From Sphingobium sp. (GTDB taxonomy: Bacteria; Pseudomonadota; Alphaproteobacteria; Sphingomonadales; Sphingomonadaceae): 64,000 nucleotides of DNA. Positions 1-8,850 of this stretch are shown in pieces. Location: positions 2,545,668-2,609,667 of the forward strand of contig OZ245788.1 of assembly GCA_965228065.1 (NCBI GenBank). The letters run 5' to 3'. The translations under genes and the position numbers were made by a program. The notes under the pieces were generated by a model. It was not told the origin of the DNA. It saw only the letters and a list, made by a program, of their open reading frames with translations, and ran no database searches. Within the stretch, counting starts at the first letter, position 1, and the number at the start of each line of letters is the position of its first letter.

Positions 1-283
1 GAATGGCTGGATGATCATCGGCCCCGCCGGTCTGCCGCTGCTGCCCGCCACGCTTTATGGCCAGTTGCTGCTCGCGAAGCTTGGACTGTTCGTCGTGATG
101 CTTGCCCTGGCCGCGACCAATCGCTGGCGACTGACGCCGCGGCTGATGGCGGCTGCCCAGGCTGGCGACGCCACCGGTGCGATCGGCGCGCTCAGAGTGA
201 GCATCACGATCGAGGCGGCCGCTGCGATCGTCATCCTGTGCCTGGTCGCCTGGCTCGGTACGCTTGCGCCGTCAGGGGTATGA
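1..283 (+). CDS. copD: CopD-family copper-resistance inner-membrane protein, C-terminal fragment (5' end lies outside the window)
   Basis: The frame is open from base 2 to the stop at 283. The product is hydrophobic and helical, with LLLAKLGLFVVMLALAATNRWRLTPRL, which resembles CopD C-termini. The family is recalled, not searched. Confidence 0.55.
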   Translation, partial: NGWMIIGPAGLPLLPATLYGQLLLAKLGLFVVMLALAATNRWRLTPRLMAAAQAGDATGAIGALRVSITIEAAAAIVILCLVAWLGTLAPSGV

Positions 284-361
284 TTTTGACGTTGTCGATT
301 GTCGCGATCGTCGATTAGTCAGAGTCCGACCGGGCAAAATCCGCGCTGTGAGGATTGGACG

Positions 362-892
362 ATGCGTCATATCGATATTGCCCGTTTGGCGACGGCGGGC
401 CTGATCCTGGCATCGCTTGCCGCGTGCGACCGGGGCGCCGGCAGCAAGCGGGCGGCAGATACGGCGAAGATCGAAGAGGCGGTGAAGGCCGATATCCACC
501 AGCTTGTCATCGACTATAATGCCCATGATGCGGCAAAGACCGCGGCGCACGGCGCGCCGGACTATATCAGCATGTTCCACGGCGTTCCCAACGCGATCGG
601 CCCGGCTGCCGATCTCGCGAACATGGAAAAGCAGATGACCGATCCCGCCACCCGCTTCGAACTGTTGGACGAAGTGGTCGACGTTGCCGCGTCGGGCGAT
701 CTGGCTGTCTATCGCGCAACCTACAGGTTCCATTTCACCAATCCTGAGACGATGACCGTCGCGACGGAAACGGGCAACTGGATCGCCGGCTACAATACGC
801 AGCCCGACGGCTCGTTGAAGCTGGCCTGGTCGATCGGCGCGGATACCGGGCCGGTGGTGACGGCGCCCCCGGTGGCGGTGCCCGGATCCTGA
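362..892 (+). CDS. NTF2-fold (SnoaL/DUF4440-like) lipoprotein
   Basis: An ATG at 362 lies inside ORF 299-892. A signal peptide with lipobox LASLAAC is present. The mature part is about 150 aa with an NTF2-like pattern (DYNAHDAAK...LAVYRATYRF...WIAGYNTQPDGSLKLAW). Confidence 0.5.
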   Translation: MRHIDIARLATAGLILASLAACDRGAGSKRAADTAKIEEAVKADIHQLVIDYNAHDAAKTAAHGAPDYISMFHGVPNAIGPAADLANMEKQMTDPATRFELLDEVVDVAASGDLAVYRATYRFHFTNPETMTVATETGNWIAGYNTQPDGSLKLAWSIGADTGPVVTAPPVAVPGS

Positions 893-984
893 TCAATGGC
901 CAGGCATGACCTGACCCGCGCGTGCAATTCCGCTTCATGCTATGCAGCGAATGAACGCGACGGAATCGCAATAATGGAGACGGT

Positions 985-2109
985 ATGACGCAAGCGCTTG
1001 AAGGTCTGGAGATCCGGTCGCTGGTGACCGACGACGGCGATCTGAAGCTGAGCCTGGAGACGATGACGCTCGACGATCCCCAGGCAGACGAAGTGATCGT
1101 CCAGGTCGAGGCGGCGCCGATCAATCCTTCGGATCTCGGCCTGCTGCTCGGTCCCGCCGATATCGCGACGATGCGCGCGGGCGGGACCGCCGAGCGGCCG
1201 GTGCTGACCTTCACCATTCCCGAACGTCGTCTGGGCGCAGTTCATGCGCGTGTCGGCCAATCGATGCCCGTCGGCAACGAGGGGGCAGGCACTGTCGTGC
1301 GCGCCGGTCCGGATGCGACCGATCTGATCGGCAAGAAAGTCGCGCTGCTCGGCGGCGCGATGTACGCCCAATATCGCAAAGTGCGCGCCAAGGATTGCGT
1401 CATATTGCCGGCAGGCGCCACTGCGGCCGATGGCGCTTCCTTGTTCGTCAATCCGCTGACCTCGCTTGCCTTTACCGAGGTTATGAAAGCGGAGGGGCAC
1501 AAGGCGATCGTCCACACTGCTGCGGCGTCCAACCTGGGCCAAATGCTTAATCGTATCTGCCAGGCCGACGGTATTCCGCTGGTGAACATCGTGCGTCGTG
1601 CCGATCAGGCTGCGATCCTGCGCGAGCTTGGCGCAACATGGATCGTCGACAGCAGCGATCCCGATTTCCACGCAAAGCTGTTCGAGGCAATTTCCGAGAC
1701 CGGGGCCACGCTGGCCTTCGACGCCATCGGCGGCGGCAGGCTGGCCAGCGACATATTGAATGCGATGGAAAAGGCCGCCAGCAAGGGTGCTGTCTATAGC
1801 CGTTATGGATCGAGCAGCCCGAAACAGGTTTATATCTATGGCGGGCTCGATATGGGGCCGACGACGCTTGACCGGGCATTCGGCCTGTCATGGAGCGTCT
1901 CAGGCTGGCTGCTGACCCCGTTCATGGCGAAGGCCGGAGCGGAAGTGGTTGGACGCATGCGCCAGCGCGTACTCGACGAACTGAAGACAACCTTTGCCAG
2001 CCACTATACCCGTACCATCGGTCTGGCCGAGGCACTGCAACCCGATGTGCTCCAGGCCTATCAGGGGAAAACCACGGGCGAGAAATATCTGATTGATCCC
2101 AGCAAATAA
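985..2109 (+). CDS. MDR-superfamily NAD(P)H-dependent oxidoreductase (quinone oxidoreductase / zinc-type alcohol dehydrogenase-like)
   Basis: The ORF is 374 aa. The N-terminal GroES-like part reads VIVQVEAAPINPSDL, and a Rossmann part reads AIVHTAAASNLGQML. Codon position 3 is strongly GC-biased. Confidence 0.75.
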   Translation: MTQALEGLEIRSLVTDDGDLKLSLETMTLDDPQADEVIVQVEAAPINPSDLGLLLGPADIATMRAGGTAERPVLTFTIPERRLGAVHARVGQSMPVGNEGAGTVVRAGPDATDLIGKKVALLGGAMYAQYRKVRAKDCVILPAGATAADGASLFVNPLTSLAFTEVMKAEGHKAIVHTAAASNLGQMLNRICQADGIPLVNIVRRADQAAILRELGATWIVDSSDPDFHAKLFEAISETGATLAFDAIGGGRLASDILNAMEKAASKGAVYSRYGSSSPKQVYIYGGLDMGPTTLDRAFGLSWSVSGWLLTPFMAKAGAEVVGRMRQRVLDELKTTFASHYTRTIGLAEALQPDVLQAYQGKTTGEKYLIDPSK

Positions 2110-2146
2110 GGGGGGAGCGAACGAGCGTTCCAAGGTCACACCAGTT

Positions 2147-2172
2147 GTCGCTCCAGCGTTCGCTGGAGCGAC
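2147..2172. repeat. REP-like palindrome GTCGCTCCAGCG-TT-CGCTGGAGCGAC
   Basis: A perfect 12-bp inverted repeat lies just after the stop at 2109. The same GTCGCTCCAGCG / GCTGGAGC core forms both arms of the element at 12058-12154. Confidence 0.8.
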
Positions 2173-2275
2173 ATGTTGGCAGTGATGTGCCATGAGCCGG
2201 ACATCTACTCGCCTGATCGATGATGCGTTCGATAGGCCAAAATTCTACCGTTCATCGATGAGCCGGAATCAAATA

Positions 2276-2354
2276 GACCCGCCGGCTGGGGGGGGGGTAG
2301 CCGGCGGGTCCAATTTGGGGAAGCCGCTGAGCGGGGGGGCAATAGAGCGGCTTC
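2276..2354. other. Two tandem stem-loops with homopolymeric G loops (G10 and G7)
   Basis: Stem 2276-2287 pairs with 2299-2310 (12 bp, perfect), and its loop is G10 plus T (2288-2298). Stem 2320-2328 pairs with 2346-2354 (9 bp, perfect), and its loop contains G7 (2333-2339). The pair lies between the converging stops at 2109 and 2450. Confidence 0.8.
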
Positions 2355-2449
2355 GCTTGTATGAACCCACCACCCGGCCTGTAGTTCCAGCCAGTGTCGA
2401 TTTTTTTGTGCGGGCCGGCATCATCTGTGATGCCGACGCCACCCCTCCG

Positions 2450-4954
2450 TCAGAAATGCGCGGTTGCGCTGAGGCCGATCGTGCGCGGCTGGATGATCGC
2501 GATATAGTTCGGACCGCTGAACGGCGACATGAATGTCGGCGCAAGCATCTGTCCGCGAACGTCGAACAGGTTGCGCAGATAGACTTGCACGTCGATCGCT
2601 TCGACCCTTAACCCGGCGCGCAGATCGACCGCGACATAATCGGGCAGCCGATATTGCGGCAAGGCGCTGCTCAGGTCGAAACTGGCGAGGCGATCGGAGG
2701 TGAAACGTATGGTCGCGCCCACCGATGGCTGGGCGGCACTGTCGCGCATGACATAGTCGCCCGAGACGCTCGCCGTGACTTTCGGCACGTTGGGCAGGGC
2801 GTCGCCCTTCAATCCACCGAGATCCGCATCGTCGTCGGCGAGCTTCGCATCCTGATAGGCGAAGGCGCCGGTGACCGTCACGCCGCGCGCCGGGCGCGCG
2901 GTCAGCGTCAGTTCGGAGCCGTATATCTCGACGTCGCTCGTCGCATTGGTGATCACGCCGATGCCGTTGCGGACGGCGTTGACCTGCATGGCGTTCCATT
3001 TGATGTGATAGCCGGCGAGATCGATCGCGAAGCTGCCGTCGGCCGTGGCGGCTTTCAGACCGATCTCGTAGCTTTTCAGGTGATCCGCCTGGAAGGTGGG
3101 ATCGCCGAACGGCCGTCCGGTCGTGGGATCGTTGGCGACGAGATTGGGGCCGCCGGGGCGATATCCGGTCGCATAGCGCACATAGGCCGTGGCCCGGTCG
3201 CTGAAATGATACCGTGCATTGGCAAGGTAGGTGAAGACGCCTTCATGCGATGCGCGTTCGGGCTGCGAGCCGACGAACAGGCCCGAACCAATCTGTTCGG
3301 CCCGCTGGTTGTTTCGCGCATAACGAATGCCGCCCGAGACATCGAACTTCGGCGAAAAATGATAGGTCACGTCGCCGAACGCCGCGATCTCCTCATAGAT
3401 GCTGGGCACCAGGCCATCGAGGAAGATATTGGCGGTGGGCCGGCCGCTCAGGTCGAACGGAGAAAATCGCTGCCTGCTGGCGGATTTCTCATGGGTGTAG
3501 AATCCACCCACCAGCCAATCGAGGTCGTTCGATCCGGTGGAGGCCAGCCGCACCTCCTGCGTGAATTTGTCGGTCGATACATCGACCGGTACGCCGACCG
3601 CGCCGATCGGAAATCCGAAGGACTGGAGCAGCCCAGCGAACCGCCCGGAGCCGTCGAGCACATAATGGGTCCGGGCCGCCTGGAAGCTGGAGACCGAGGT
3701 CAGTTTGGCCGGACCCAGATCGTAATCGATCGTGGCGCTCACCAGCCTGAACCGTTGTTCGAAGGGTTCGGAAACCAGCCGCTGCTGATCGAGCGCACCG
3801 GCCACGGGCGTCCGGTCGAAATCATAATCGGCATTGCCGACGCCCGCGCGGGCGATGTTCTGCAGAAATCCGGTGAGCCGGATGCTGAGCGCGTCGGTGG
3901 GTGTGGCGAGGATGTCGAGCCTGCCGCCATAGACGCGCGACCTGTTCACGTTGTCGTCGCCCAGCGCTATATTGTCGATATAACCGCCGTCGCGCGAATA
4001 GAAGCCGCTGGCGCGAACGGCGAGCGTGTCGCTGATGATGGGCAGGTTGATCGCCGCGGCACCATTATAGTTGATGTCGCCATGCCGCGTGGCCGACAGA
4101 CCGGCCTGGATGTCGGCCGTGACGGCGGTCGCATCGGGTTTTTTCGTGGTGTATTTGATCAGTCCGCCCATCGTGCTGGCGCCCCAGAGCGTACCCTGCG
4201 GCCCGCGCAGGATCTCGACCTGATCGATGTCGAACAGACCCACATCCAGGGCCAGCGCAAAGGCCTTGGTATAGGCGCTGCTCGACCCATAGGGGACGTC
4301 GTCGACATAGACGCCGACGGTGGAGCCGCCGTCGCTGTTGGTATTGGCACCGCGCAACGACACCTGGTTCTGGCCGGCGCCGCTGCTCTGGAAGCTGAGG
4401 CCCGGGATGGTGTCGGCAAAGTCGCGGAATTGCGTCTTGCCGCTTTTCGCCAGCGTATCGCCCGACAGGACGGACACCGATTGCGGCGTGTCGATCAGCC
4501 GCTCCTCGCGCTTCTGTGCGGTGACGACGATATCGACGCCTTCGTCCTCCGCCGCTGCGCGCCCGGTGTCGACAGTTCGCTCGGGCGCGGATATATCCGT
4601 GTCCGCGGCGACCGGGCGCCGGCCCGCATGCGGCGCTTCCACGATCAGCACGCCCGCGCGCCCCGTCCGCATCGTGAAGCCGCTGCCCCTGAGCAATTGG
4701 CGCAGGCCATCCTCGGCGGAGTGCGACCCGGTCAATGCGGCGCTGCGTGCGCGGCGCGCCTCGCGGCCATCGAAAACGATCTGGCGTTTGGTGGCGCGGC
4801 CGAAGCGCGCAAGCGCATCGGCGAGGTTCTGCGCAGGAATCTCGAAGCCGTAAGTCGCCGCCTGCGCCACTGCCGGCATCGGGACTGCGAACAGCGCGGC
4901 TGCCGCGCTCAACGTTGCCGCACCTCGAAACTGCCTCTTCCGATCGATCCCCAT
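2450..4954 (-). CDS. TonB-dependent receptor/transducer with N-terminal STN signalling domain (FecA-like), CSS module 1
   Basis: The likely start is MGIDRKRQ (ATG at 4954) within ORF 2450-5014. The STN-like segment reads YGFEIPAQNLADALARFGRATKRQIVF...GLRQLLRGSGF. The plug motif is EILRGPQGTLWGASTMGGLIKY, and the C-terminal beta-barrel ends in ...LSATAHF. Confidence 0.9.
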   Translation of the reverse strand: MGIDRKRQFRGAATLSAAAALFAVPMPAVAQAATYGFEIPAQNLADALARFGRATKRQIVFDGREARRARSAALTGSHSAEDGLRQLLRGSGFTMRTGRAGVLIVEAPHAGRRPVAADTDISAPERTVDTGRAAAEDEGVDIVVTAQKREERLIDTPQSVSVLSGDTLAKSGKTQFRDFADTIPGLSFQSSGAGQNQVSLRGANTNSDGGSTVGVYVDDVPYGSSSAYTKAFALALDVGLFDIDQVEILRGPQGTLWGASTMGGLIKYTTKKPDATAVTADIQAGLSATRHGDINYNGAAAINLPIISDTLAVRASGFYSRDGGYIDNIALGDDNVNRSRVYGGRLDILATPTDALSIRLTGFLQNIARAGVGNADYDFDRTPVAGALDQQRLVSEPFEQRFRLVSATIDYDLGPAKLTSVSSFQAARTHYVLDGSGRFAGLLQSFGFPIGAVGVPVDVSTDKFTQEVRLASTGSNDLDWLVGGFYTHEKSASRQRFSPFDLSGRPTANIFLDGLVPSIYEEIAAFGDVTYHFSPKFDVSGGIRYARNNQRAEQIGSGLFVGSQPERASHEGVFTYLANARYHFSDRATAYVRYATGYRPGGPNLVANDPTTGRPFGDPTFQADHLKSYEIGLKAATADGSFAIDLAGYHIKWNAMQVNAVRNGIGVITNATSDVEIYGSELTLTARPARGVTVTGAFAYQDAKLADDDADLGGLKGDALPNVPKVTASVSGDYVMRDSAAQPSVGATIRFTSDRLASFDLSSALPQYRLPDYVAVDLRAGLRVEAIDVQVYLRNLFDVRGQMLAPTFMSPFSGPNYIAIIQPRTIGLSATAHF

Positions 4955-4998
4955 GATATCCCCCTTTGCCGGGCCGTTCGTCGGCCGTCTCGAAAGGA

Positions 4999-5023
4999 AG
5001 ACGCGGACCGTCACGAAAGATTC
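4999..5023 (-). promoter_or_regulatory. Candidate ECF (FecI-type) dependent promoter of transducer gene 1
   Basis: The minus strand reads GAAT-N16-CGTCT. The CGTCT lies about 45 nt upstream of the ATG at 4954. The same layout occurs upstream of the other two transducer genes (21372-21394, 62891-62914). Confidence 0.3.
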
Positions 5024-5054
5024 ATCTGCGCGATGTCGCTTTTGCGCATTTGGT

Positions 5055-6089
5055 TCAGCGCGCGGCAGATATCAGCACGATGTCGCCCTCCGTGGATCGC
5101 ACGGCCTTGACTGGGAACACTGCCGTAACGCCTTCGACAAAAGCGTTGATATCTCCGCCCTGGAACTGGCCGCTGATCGGGATACGCGCGTCCATCGCGT
5201 CGCCGACGCGCAGCTTGGTCGCGCCATAGCGATTGACCCGTTCCACCGCGATGCCGAGCGGTTCGTTGTCGAACTCCATCAATCCACCTTCCCAGGCCAG
5301 CGAGCGGCCCGCATCGACGGATTCCAGCCGGGCGAGGGGTTGCGTGGCGGCGATCACCATTTCGCGTCCCGGGGTCAGCACCTGTTCGGCGGTATCCTGG
5401 CGGCGGCCGATGCGCAGTGGCATTGGTGCGCGCCCGGGGCTGGTATCCATCACCGCGACGCGCCCTTCGTACAGCACGACGCGAACCTGGCCGCCCAGCT
5501 GCTCGACGCTGAACTGCGTGCCGGTGGCGATCACCATTCGTGCGCCGGCCTGGACCGAAAAGGGGCGCAGCGGGTCCTTGGCGACGACGAACTTGGCACG
5601 GCCCGATCGAAGCCAGAGTTCCCGCCGGTCGCCGAGATACCGCACATCGACGCGTGTCGAGGCGTCGAGCGACAGCATCGATCCGTCGGCAAGCGCCACC
5701 ACGCGCCGTTCGCCGACGCCGGTCTGATAGGTGGTTGGCGACAGGCGCCACCAGATACCGGCGCCGACGAACAGGATCAGGCACGCCGCGAGCGCGGCAT
5801 AGCGGCGCCATCCGCCAGCGCCGGACCAGCGGCGATGGTTGGCGCGCCGTACGCTTTCCAGCGCATCGCCGCGCATGACGATCATCTCGGGCGAGGATCC
5901 GCGATCCTCGATCGCATCCCAGGCGACGACGGTCCGTTCGAACAGCGCGGGATGCGCGGGATCGGCGTGCAACCAGCGATCGAACGCGATCTGCTGTTCG
6001 GGCGGCAGCGGCCCTTCCGCGATGCGCAGGCACCACCAGGCGGCGGTTTCGCGCGTCTCGTCCGAAATGGGGCCGGGGACCGTGCTCAT
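5055..6089 (-). CDS. FecR-family anti-sigma factor / transmembrane sensor, CSS module 1
   Basis: The N-terminal anti-sigma segment reads AAWWCLRIAEG...FDRWLHADPAHPALFE. One TM helix (YAALAACLILFVGAGIWW) is followed by a periplasmic FecR domain (LADGSMLSLDASTRV...). The start overlaps the upstream sigma stop as ATGA. Confidence 0.85.
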   Translation of the reverse strand: MSTVPGPISDETRETAAWWCLRIAEGPLPPEQQIAFDRWLHADPAHPALFERTVVAWDAIEDRGSSPEMIVMRGDALESVRRANHRRWSGAGGWRRYAALAACLILFVGAGIWWRLSPTTYQTGVGERRVVALADGSMLSLDASTRVDVRYLGDRRELWLRSGRAKFVVAKDPLRPFSVQAGARMVIATGTQFSVEQLGGQVRVVLYEGRVAVMDTSPGRAPMPLRIGRRQDTAEQVLTPGREMVIAATQPLARLESVDAGRSLAWEGGLMEFDNEPLGIAVERVNRYGATKLRVGDAMDARIPISGQFQGGDINAFVEGVTAVFPVKAVRSTEGDIVLISAAR

Positions 6090-6592
6090 TCGTCCTCCTC
6101 CAGCCTCTTAGTCAGATGCGCCATCGCGCGGATCAGATGCTTGTCGATCGCGCTCACGCTGATGCCGTAGCTTTCGGCGATCTCGCGCTTGCGCATCCGT
6201 TCCAGCCGGAACAGCAGCAGGATCTCGCGCGATCTTTGGGAAAGCTCCGCGACTGCGCGTGCGACATGGCCCAGCCGCTCGCGTCCTTCCAGCAGGCGCA
6301 GCGGATCGACATAGTCGGCATGCGGCTCGTGATGCTCGGCATCGACGCGATGCGCGTCGCGCACCTGCAACCGGCGATAGCGATCGCGCAGCAGGTTGGA
6401 CGCGATGCGGAAGATATAGGCGTCCGGCCGTTCCATCTCGTTCGCCGGCAATTCGATCAAGCGCACCAGCACGTCCTGGGTCAGATCCTCGGCCTCGGCC
6501 GGATTGCCGATGCGGCGCATGAAGAACGCGATCAAGGCCGGGCGGAAGCGCCGCCCCAGTGTGACCATGTCCTGTTCCGCACGCTCCGCCAT
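6086..6592 (-). CDS. ECF sigma factor, FecI-like, CSS module 1
   Basis: The likely start is MAERAEQDM (ATG at 6592) inside ORF 6086-6919. Region 2 reads AEAEDLTQDVLVRL. Region 4 has the HTH segment REILLLFRLERMRKREIAESYGISVSAIDKHL. Confidence 0.85.
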   Translation of the reverse strand: MAERAEQDMVTLGRRFRPALIAFFMRRIGNPAEAEDLTQDVLVRLIELPANEMERPDAYIFRIASNLLRDRYRRLQVRDAHRVDAEHHEPHADYVDPLRLLEGRERLGHVARAVAELSQRSREILLLFRLERMRKREIAESYGISVSAIDKHLIRAMAHLTKRLEEDE

Positions 6593-6821
6593 TGGTGATC
6601 CGCAAGCCTTGCCGGCACGGCGCCGGCATCCCTTTGTCTTAGACGCACGAGATCGCGGAACATACATCGGGAGCTGTCGGATTGTTCGTCGTCTCGGGTG
6701 CCGCGCCAATTGCCGGAATGCGCATCGAAAAATCTCCGACGATTGACTCGGGAATGGCGCGGGCGCGCATCGCGACGATATTGGTGCGGTTCGACCCGCC
6801 CCAGCCCGAAAAGGACCCGCC

Positions 6822-7190
6822 ATGTTCTCAGGATTCACTGCATTGCTCGCTGCGCTGATCGCGTCTGGTGGGAACCCCGCAACCGAGACTCTGTCCCAAA
6901 CATTTTCGGAATGCGCCATCGTCCATTCGCTGGATCTCGCGGCGGCGAAGCCGGGCGATGGCGCCGAACAGGTGGCGGAGACCGCGCTGCAGCTTTGCTA
7001 TCAGGAGAATATGGAGGCGCAGAATGCTTTCCGCGCGGAACGGATACGTGCCGATCCGTCGCTCCCCGCCGACGAACTGGTGGCGCTTTGGGACGTCCGC
7101 CGAGCCGAACTGCGCGCTGCGCTTATCGATAAAGTGAAGACATGCCGTGCGACGATCGCGGCCGGGGCGGGGCGCTGCGGACTATCGTAG
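6822..7190 (+). CDS. Hypothetical small secreted protein (4 Cys)
   Basis: The ORF is 122 aa with a hydrophobic N-terminus (MFSGFTALLAALIASGG) and GC-rich third codon positions. I recognise no family. Confidence 0.4.
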   Translation: MFSGFTALLAALIASGGNPATETLSQTFSECAIVHSLDLAAAKPGDGAEQVAETALQLCYQENMEAQNAFRAERIRADPSLPADELVALWDVRRAELRAALIDKVKTCRATIAAGAGRCGLS

Positions 7191-7313
7191 AACCGTCGGG
7201 AGTGATCTGCTTCGGAAGGTTTTTGAAGGCGACCCGTTCCGAATTTGACGATCCGGATTGCAAGCGGCAGCGCTGTCGGGCAGCCGTGGCATAATCGTTT
7301 TTTGGGGATAGTC

Positions 7314-8330
7314 ATGAAGGTTGAAGCCACCTCGCAATCGGTCGTTGTCGACGATCAACCTATGCTGACCGCGACCGAGATCGAGGAGACGCGGGCACGG
7401 CTTGCCGGGCGGATCAGCGAAACCCCCGTCCACCACTGGCGCGGCCCCGATCTCGAGGCGATCGTCGGAGACCGCACGCAAGTGATCCTCAAGCTCGAGC
7501 TGTTCCAGCTCGCCGGGTCTTTCAAGCTGCGTGGCGCGCTCAACAATGTGATGCAGCTTTCGCCCGAAGAGCTGGCGCGGGGCGTCACTGCGGTCAGCTC
7601 GGGCAATCATGCCGTTGCGACATCCTATGCGGCTCGGCTGATGGGGACGCCTGCGAAAGTGGTGATGATGCGCGGCGCGAATCCCTTCCGGATGGAGCAA
7701 TGCCGCAAACATGGTGCCGAGCTCGTCATCGCCGACAATGTCACCCAGGCCTTCGAGATCGTCGCCGAGATCCAGGAGAAGGAAGGGCGCTATTTCGTCC
7801 ATCCGTTCGAGGGGCGCCGGACGGCACTGGGTTCCGCCACGCTCGGGCTCGAATTCTGCCGCCAGGCGCCGGATCTCGACGCGGTGATCATCGCGATCGG
7901 TGGCGGCGGGCTGTGCGGGGGCATGTCCGCTGCGACCAAGATCTTCTCGCCCGGCACCAAGGTCTACGGCGTCGAGCCCGAGGGATCCGACGCGATGCAT
8001 CGCAGCTTCGCGACCGGGCAGGTCCAGTCGACGGTGGCGCCCAACACGATCGCCGACAGCCTGAATGCACCCTATTCCGCAGCCTTCACCTTCGGTTTGT
8101 GTCGCGCCAATGTCGATGGATTGGTGAAGGTGAGCGACGCCGAAATGCGCCAGGCGATGAAGCTGCTGTTCGAGGAGATGAAGCTGGCGGTCGAGCCGGC
8201 GGCCGCTGCAGCGAGCGCCGCCCTGTTCGGGCCGCTACGCGCCGAACTGGAGGGCAAGCGCGTCGGCATCCTGGTCTGCGGGACGAACACCGATCTCGAC
8301 ACATTCGCCGGGCATCTCCGCGCAGTTTGA
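7314..8330 (+). CDS. PLP-dependent threonine/serine dehydratase family enzyme
   Basis: The ATG at 7314 is preceded by GGGGA. The PLP-lysine motif is GSFKLRGALN, the glycine-rich loop is IAIGGGGLCGG, and SSGNHAVA is also present. Confidence 0.8.
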   Translation: MKVEATSQSVVVDDQPMLTATEIEETRARLAGRISETPVHHWRGPDLEAIVGDRTQVILKLELFQLAGSFKLRGALNNVMQLSPEELARGVTAVSSGNHAVATSYAARLMGTPAKVVMMRGANPFRMEQCRKHGAELVIADNVTQAFEIVAEIQEKEGRYFVHPFEGRRTALGSATLGLEFCRQAPDLDAVIIAIGGGGLCGGMSAATKIFSPGTKVYGVEPEGSDAMHRSFATGQVQSTVAPNTIADSLNAPYSAAFTFGLCRANVDGLVKVSDAEMRQAMKLLFEEMKLAVEPAAAAASAALFGPLRAELEGKRVGILVCGTNTDLDTFAGHLRAV

Positions 8331-8337
8331 GCGCATT

Positions 8338-8850
8338 TTAGCATACGTCGATCCGCGTGCCCGGCTGGCCATGCCACAGCATGAGCATCCGGCCGGGCCG
8401 TTCGCCCGCATCGCCGGTCGGCCGGAAACCGACGCGCTGAAGCAGGCCCCAGGACGGCCGGTTGTCTATGCTGCACTCCGCCTCGATCCGGCTGCAGGTC
8501 GACAGCCCCTGGAGTGCATCCAGCACGGCGTCGACGGCTTCGGTGGCAAGCCCCTGGCCGCGCGCGGACGCGGCGAACCAGTAACCGATCTCGATCGCAC
8601 CGAACGGCTTGCGATGCAGGCCGATGACCCCGCGCAGCGCGCCGGACGCACGATCGCGCACGCCCAGGAAGCGACGCTCGTCGGTCGCGACCGTCAGTAC
8701 GCGGGCGTCGTCAAGCGTGAAGGGTTCGGGCAGGAAGGAGACGCTGGTGGTGACCGAGGCATCGGTGATGGCGTGAAGGTCCGGCGCGTCGTCGTTGACG
8801 AGCGGCGCGATCCGGCTTCGCGGCGTGGTGATGTCGATTGGATGTGTCAC
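8338..8850 (-). CDS. GNAT-family N-acetyltransferase (RimJ/RimL-like)
   Basis: The ORF is 170 aa. The acetyl-CoA motif region reads IGYWFAASARGQGLATEAVDAVLD. It converges with the dehydratase gene, with the two stops 7 bp apart. Confidence 0.8.
   Translation of the reverse strand: MTHPIDITTPRSRIAPLVNDDAPDLHAITDASVTTSVSFLPEPFTLDDARVLTVATDERRFLGVRDRASGALRGVIGLHRKPFGAIEIGYWFAASARGQGLATEAVDAVLDALQGLSTCSRIEAECSIDNRPSWGLLQRVGFRPTGDAGERPGRMLMLWHGQPGTRIDVC

Noticed and set aside
2401-2433. A T7 run followed by the hairpin CGGCATCA-TCTG-TGATGCCG might be an intrinsic terminator for the receptor gene.
   Set aside because: The orientation is wrong for both strands. The U-run precedes the hairpin on the plus strand, and an A-run follows it on the minus strand, so it is not called a terminator.
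2192-2611. A 139-aa ORF spans the convergent intergenic region and runs into the 3' end of the receptor gene.
   Set aside because: It runs through REP hairpins and poly-G tracts and overlaps the TBDR C-terminus. It has no motif and an implausible composition.
2654-5110. An 818-aa ORF lies on the plus strand. Similar very long ORFs are 13905-16784 (959 aa), 17971-19752 (593 aa), 44961-46700 (579 aa), 61846-63438 (530 aa), 36734-38347 (537 aa) and 9602-11053 (483 aa).
   Set aside because: Each lies antisense to, or out of frame with, a CDS that has clear family motifs. Their products are Arg/Ala/Gly/Pro-rich low-complexity strings without motifs. Stop-free shadow frames like these are expected in high-GC DNA.
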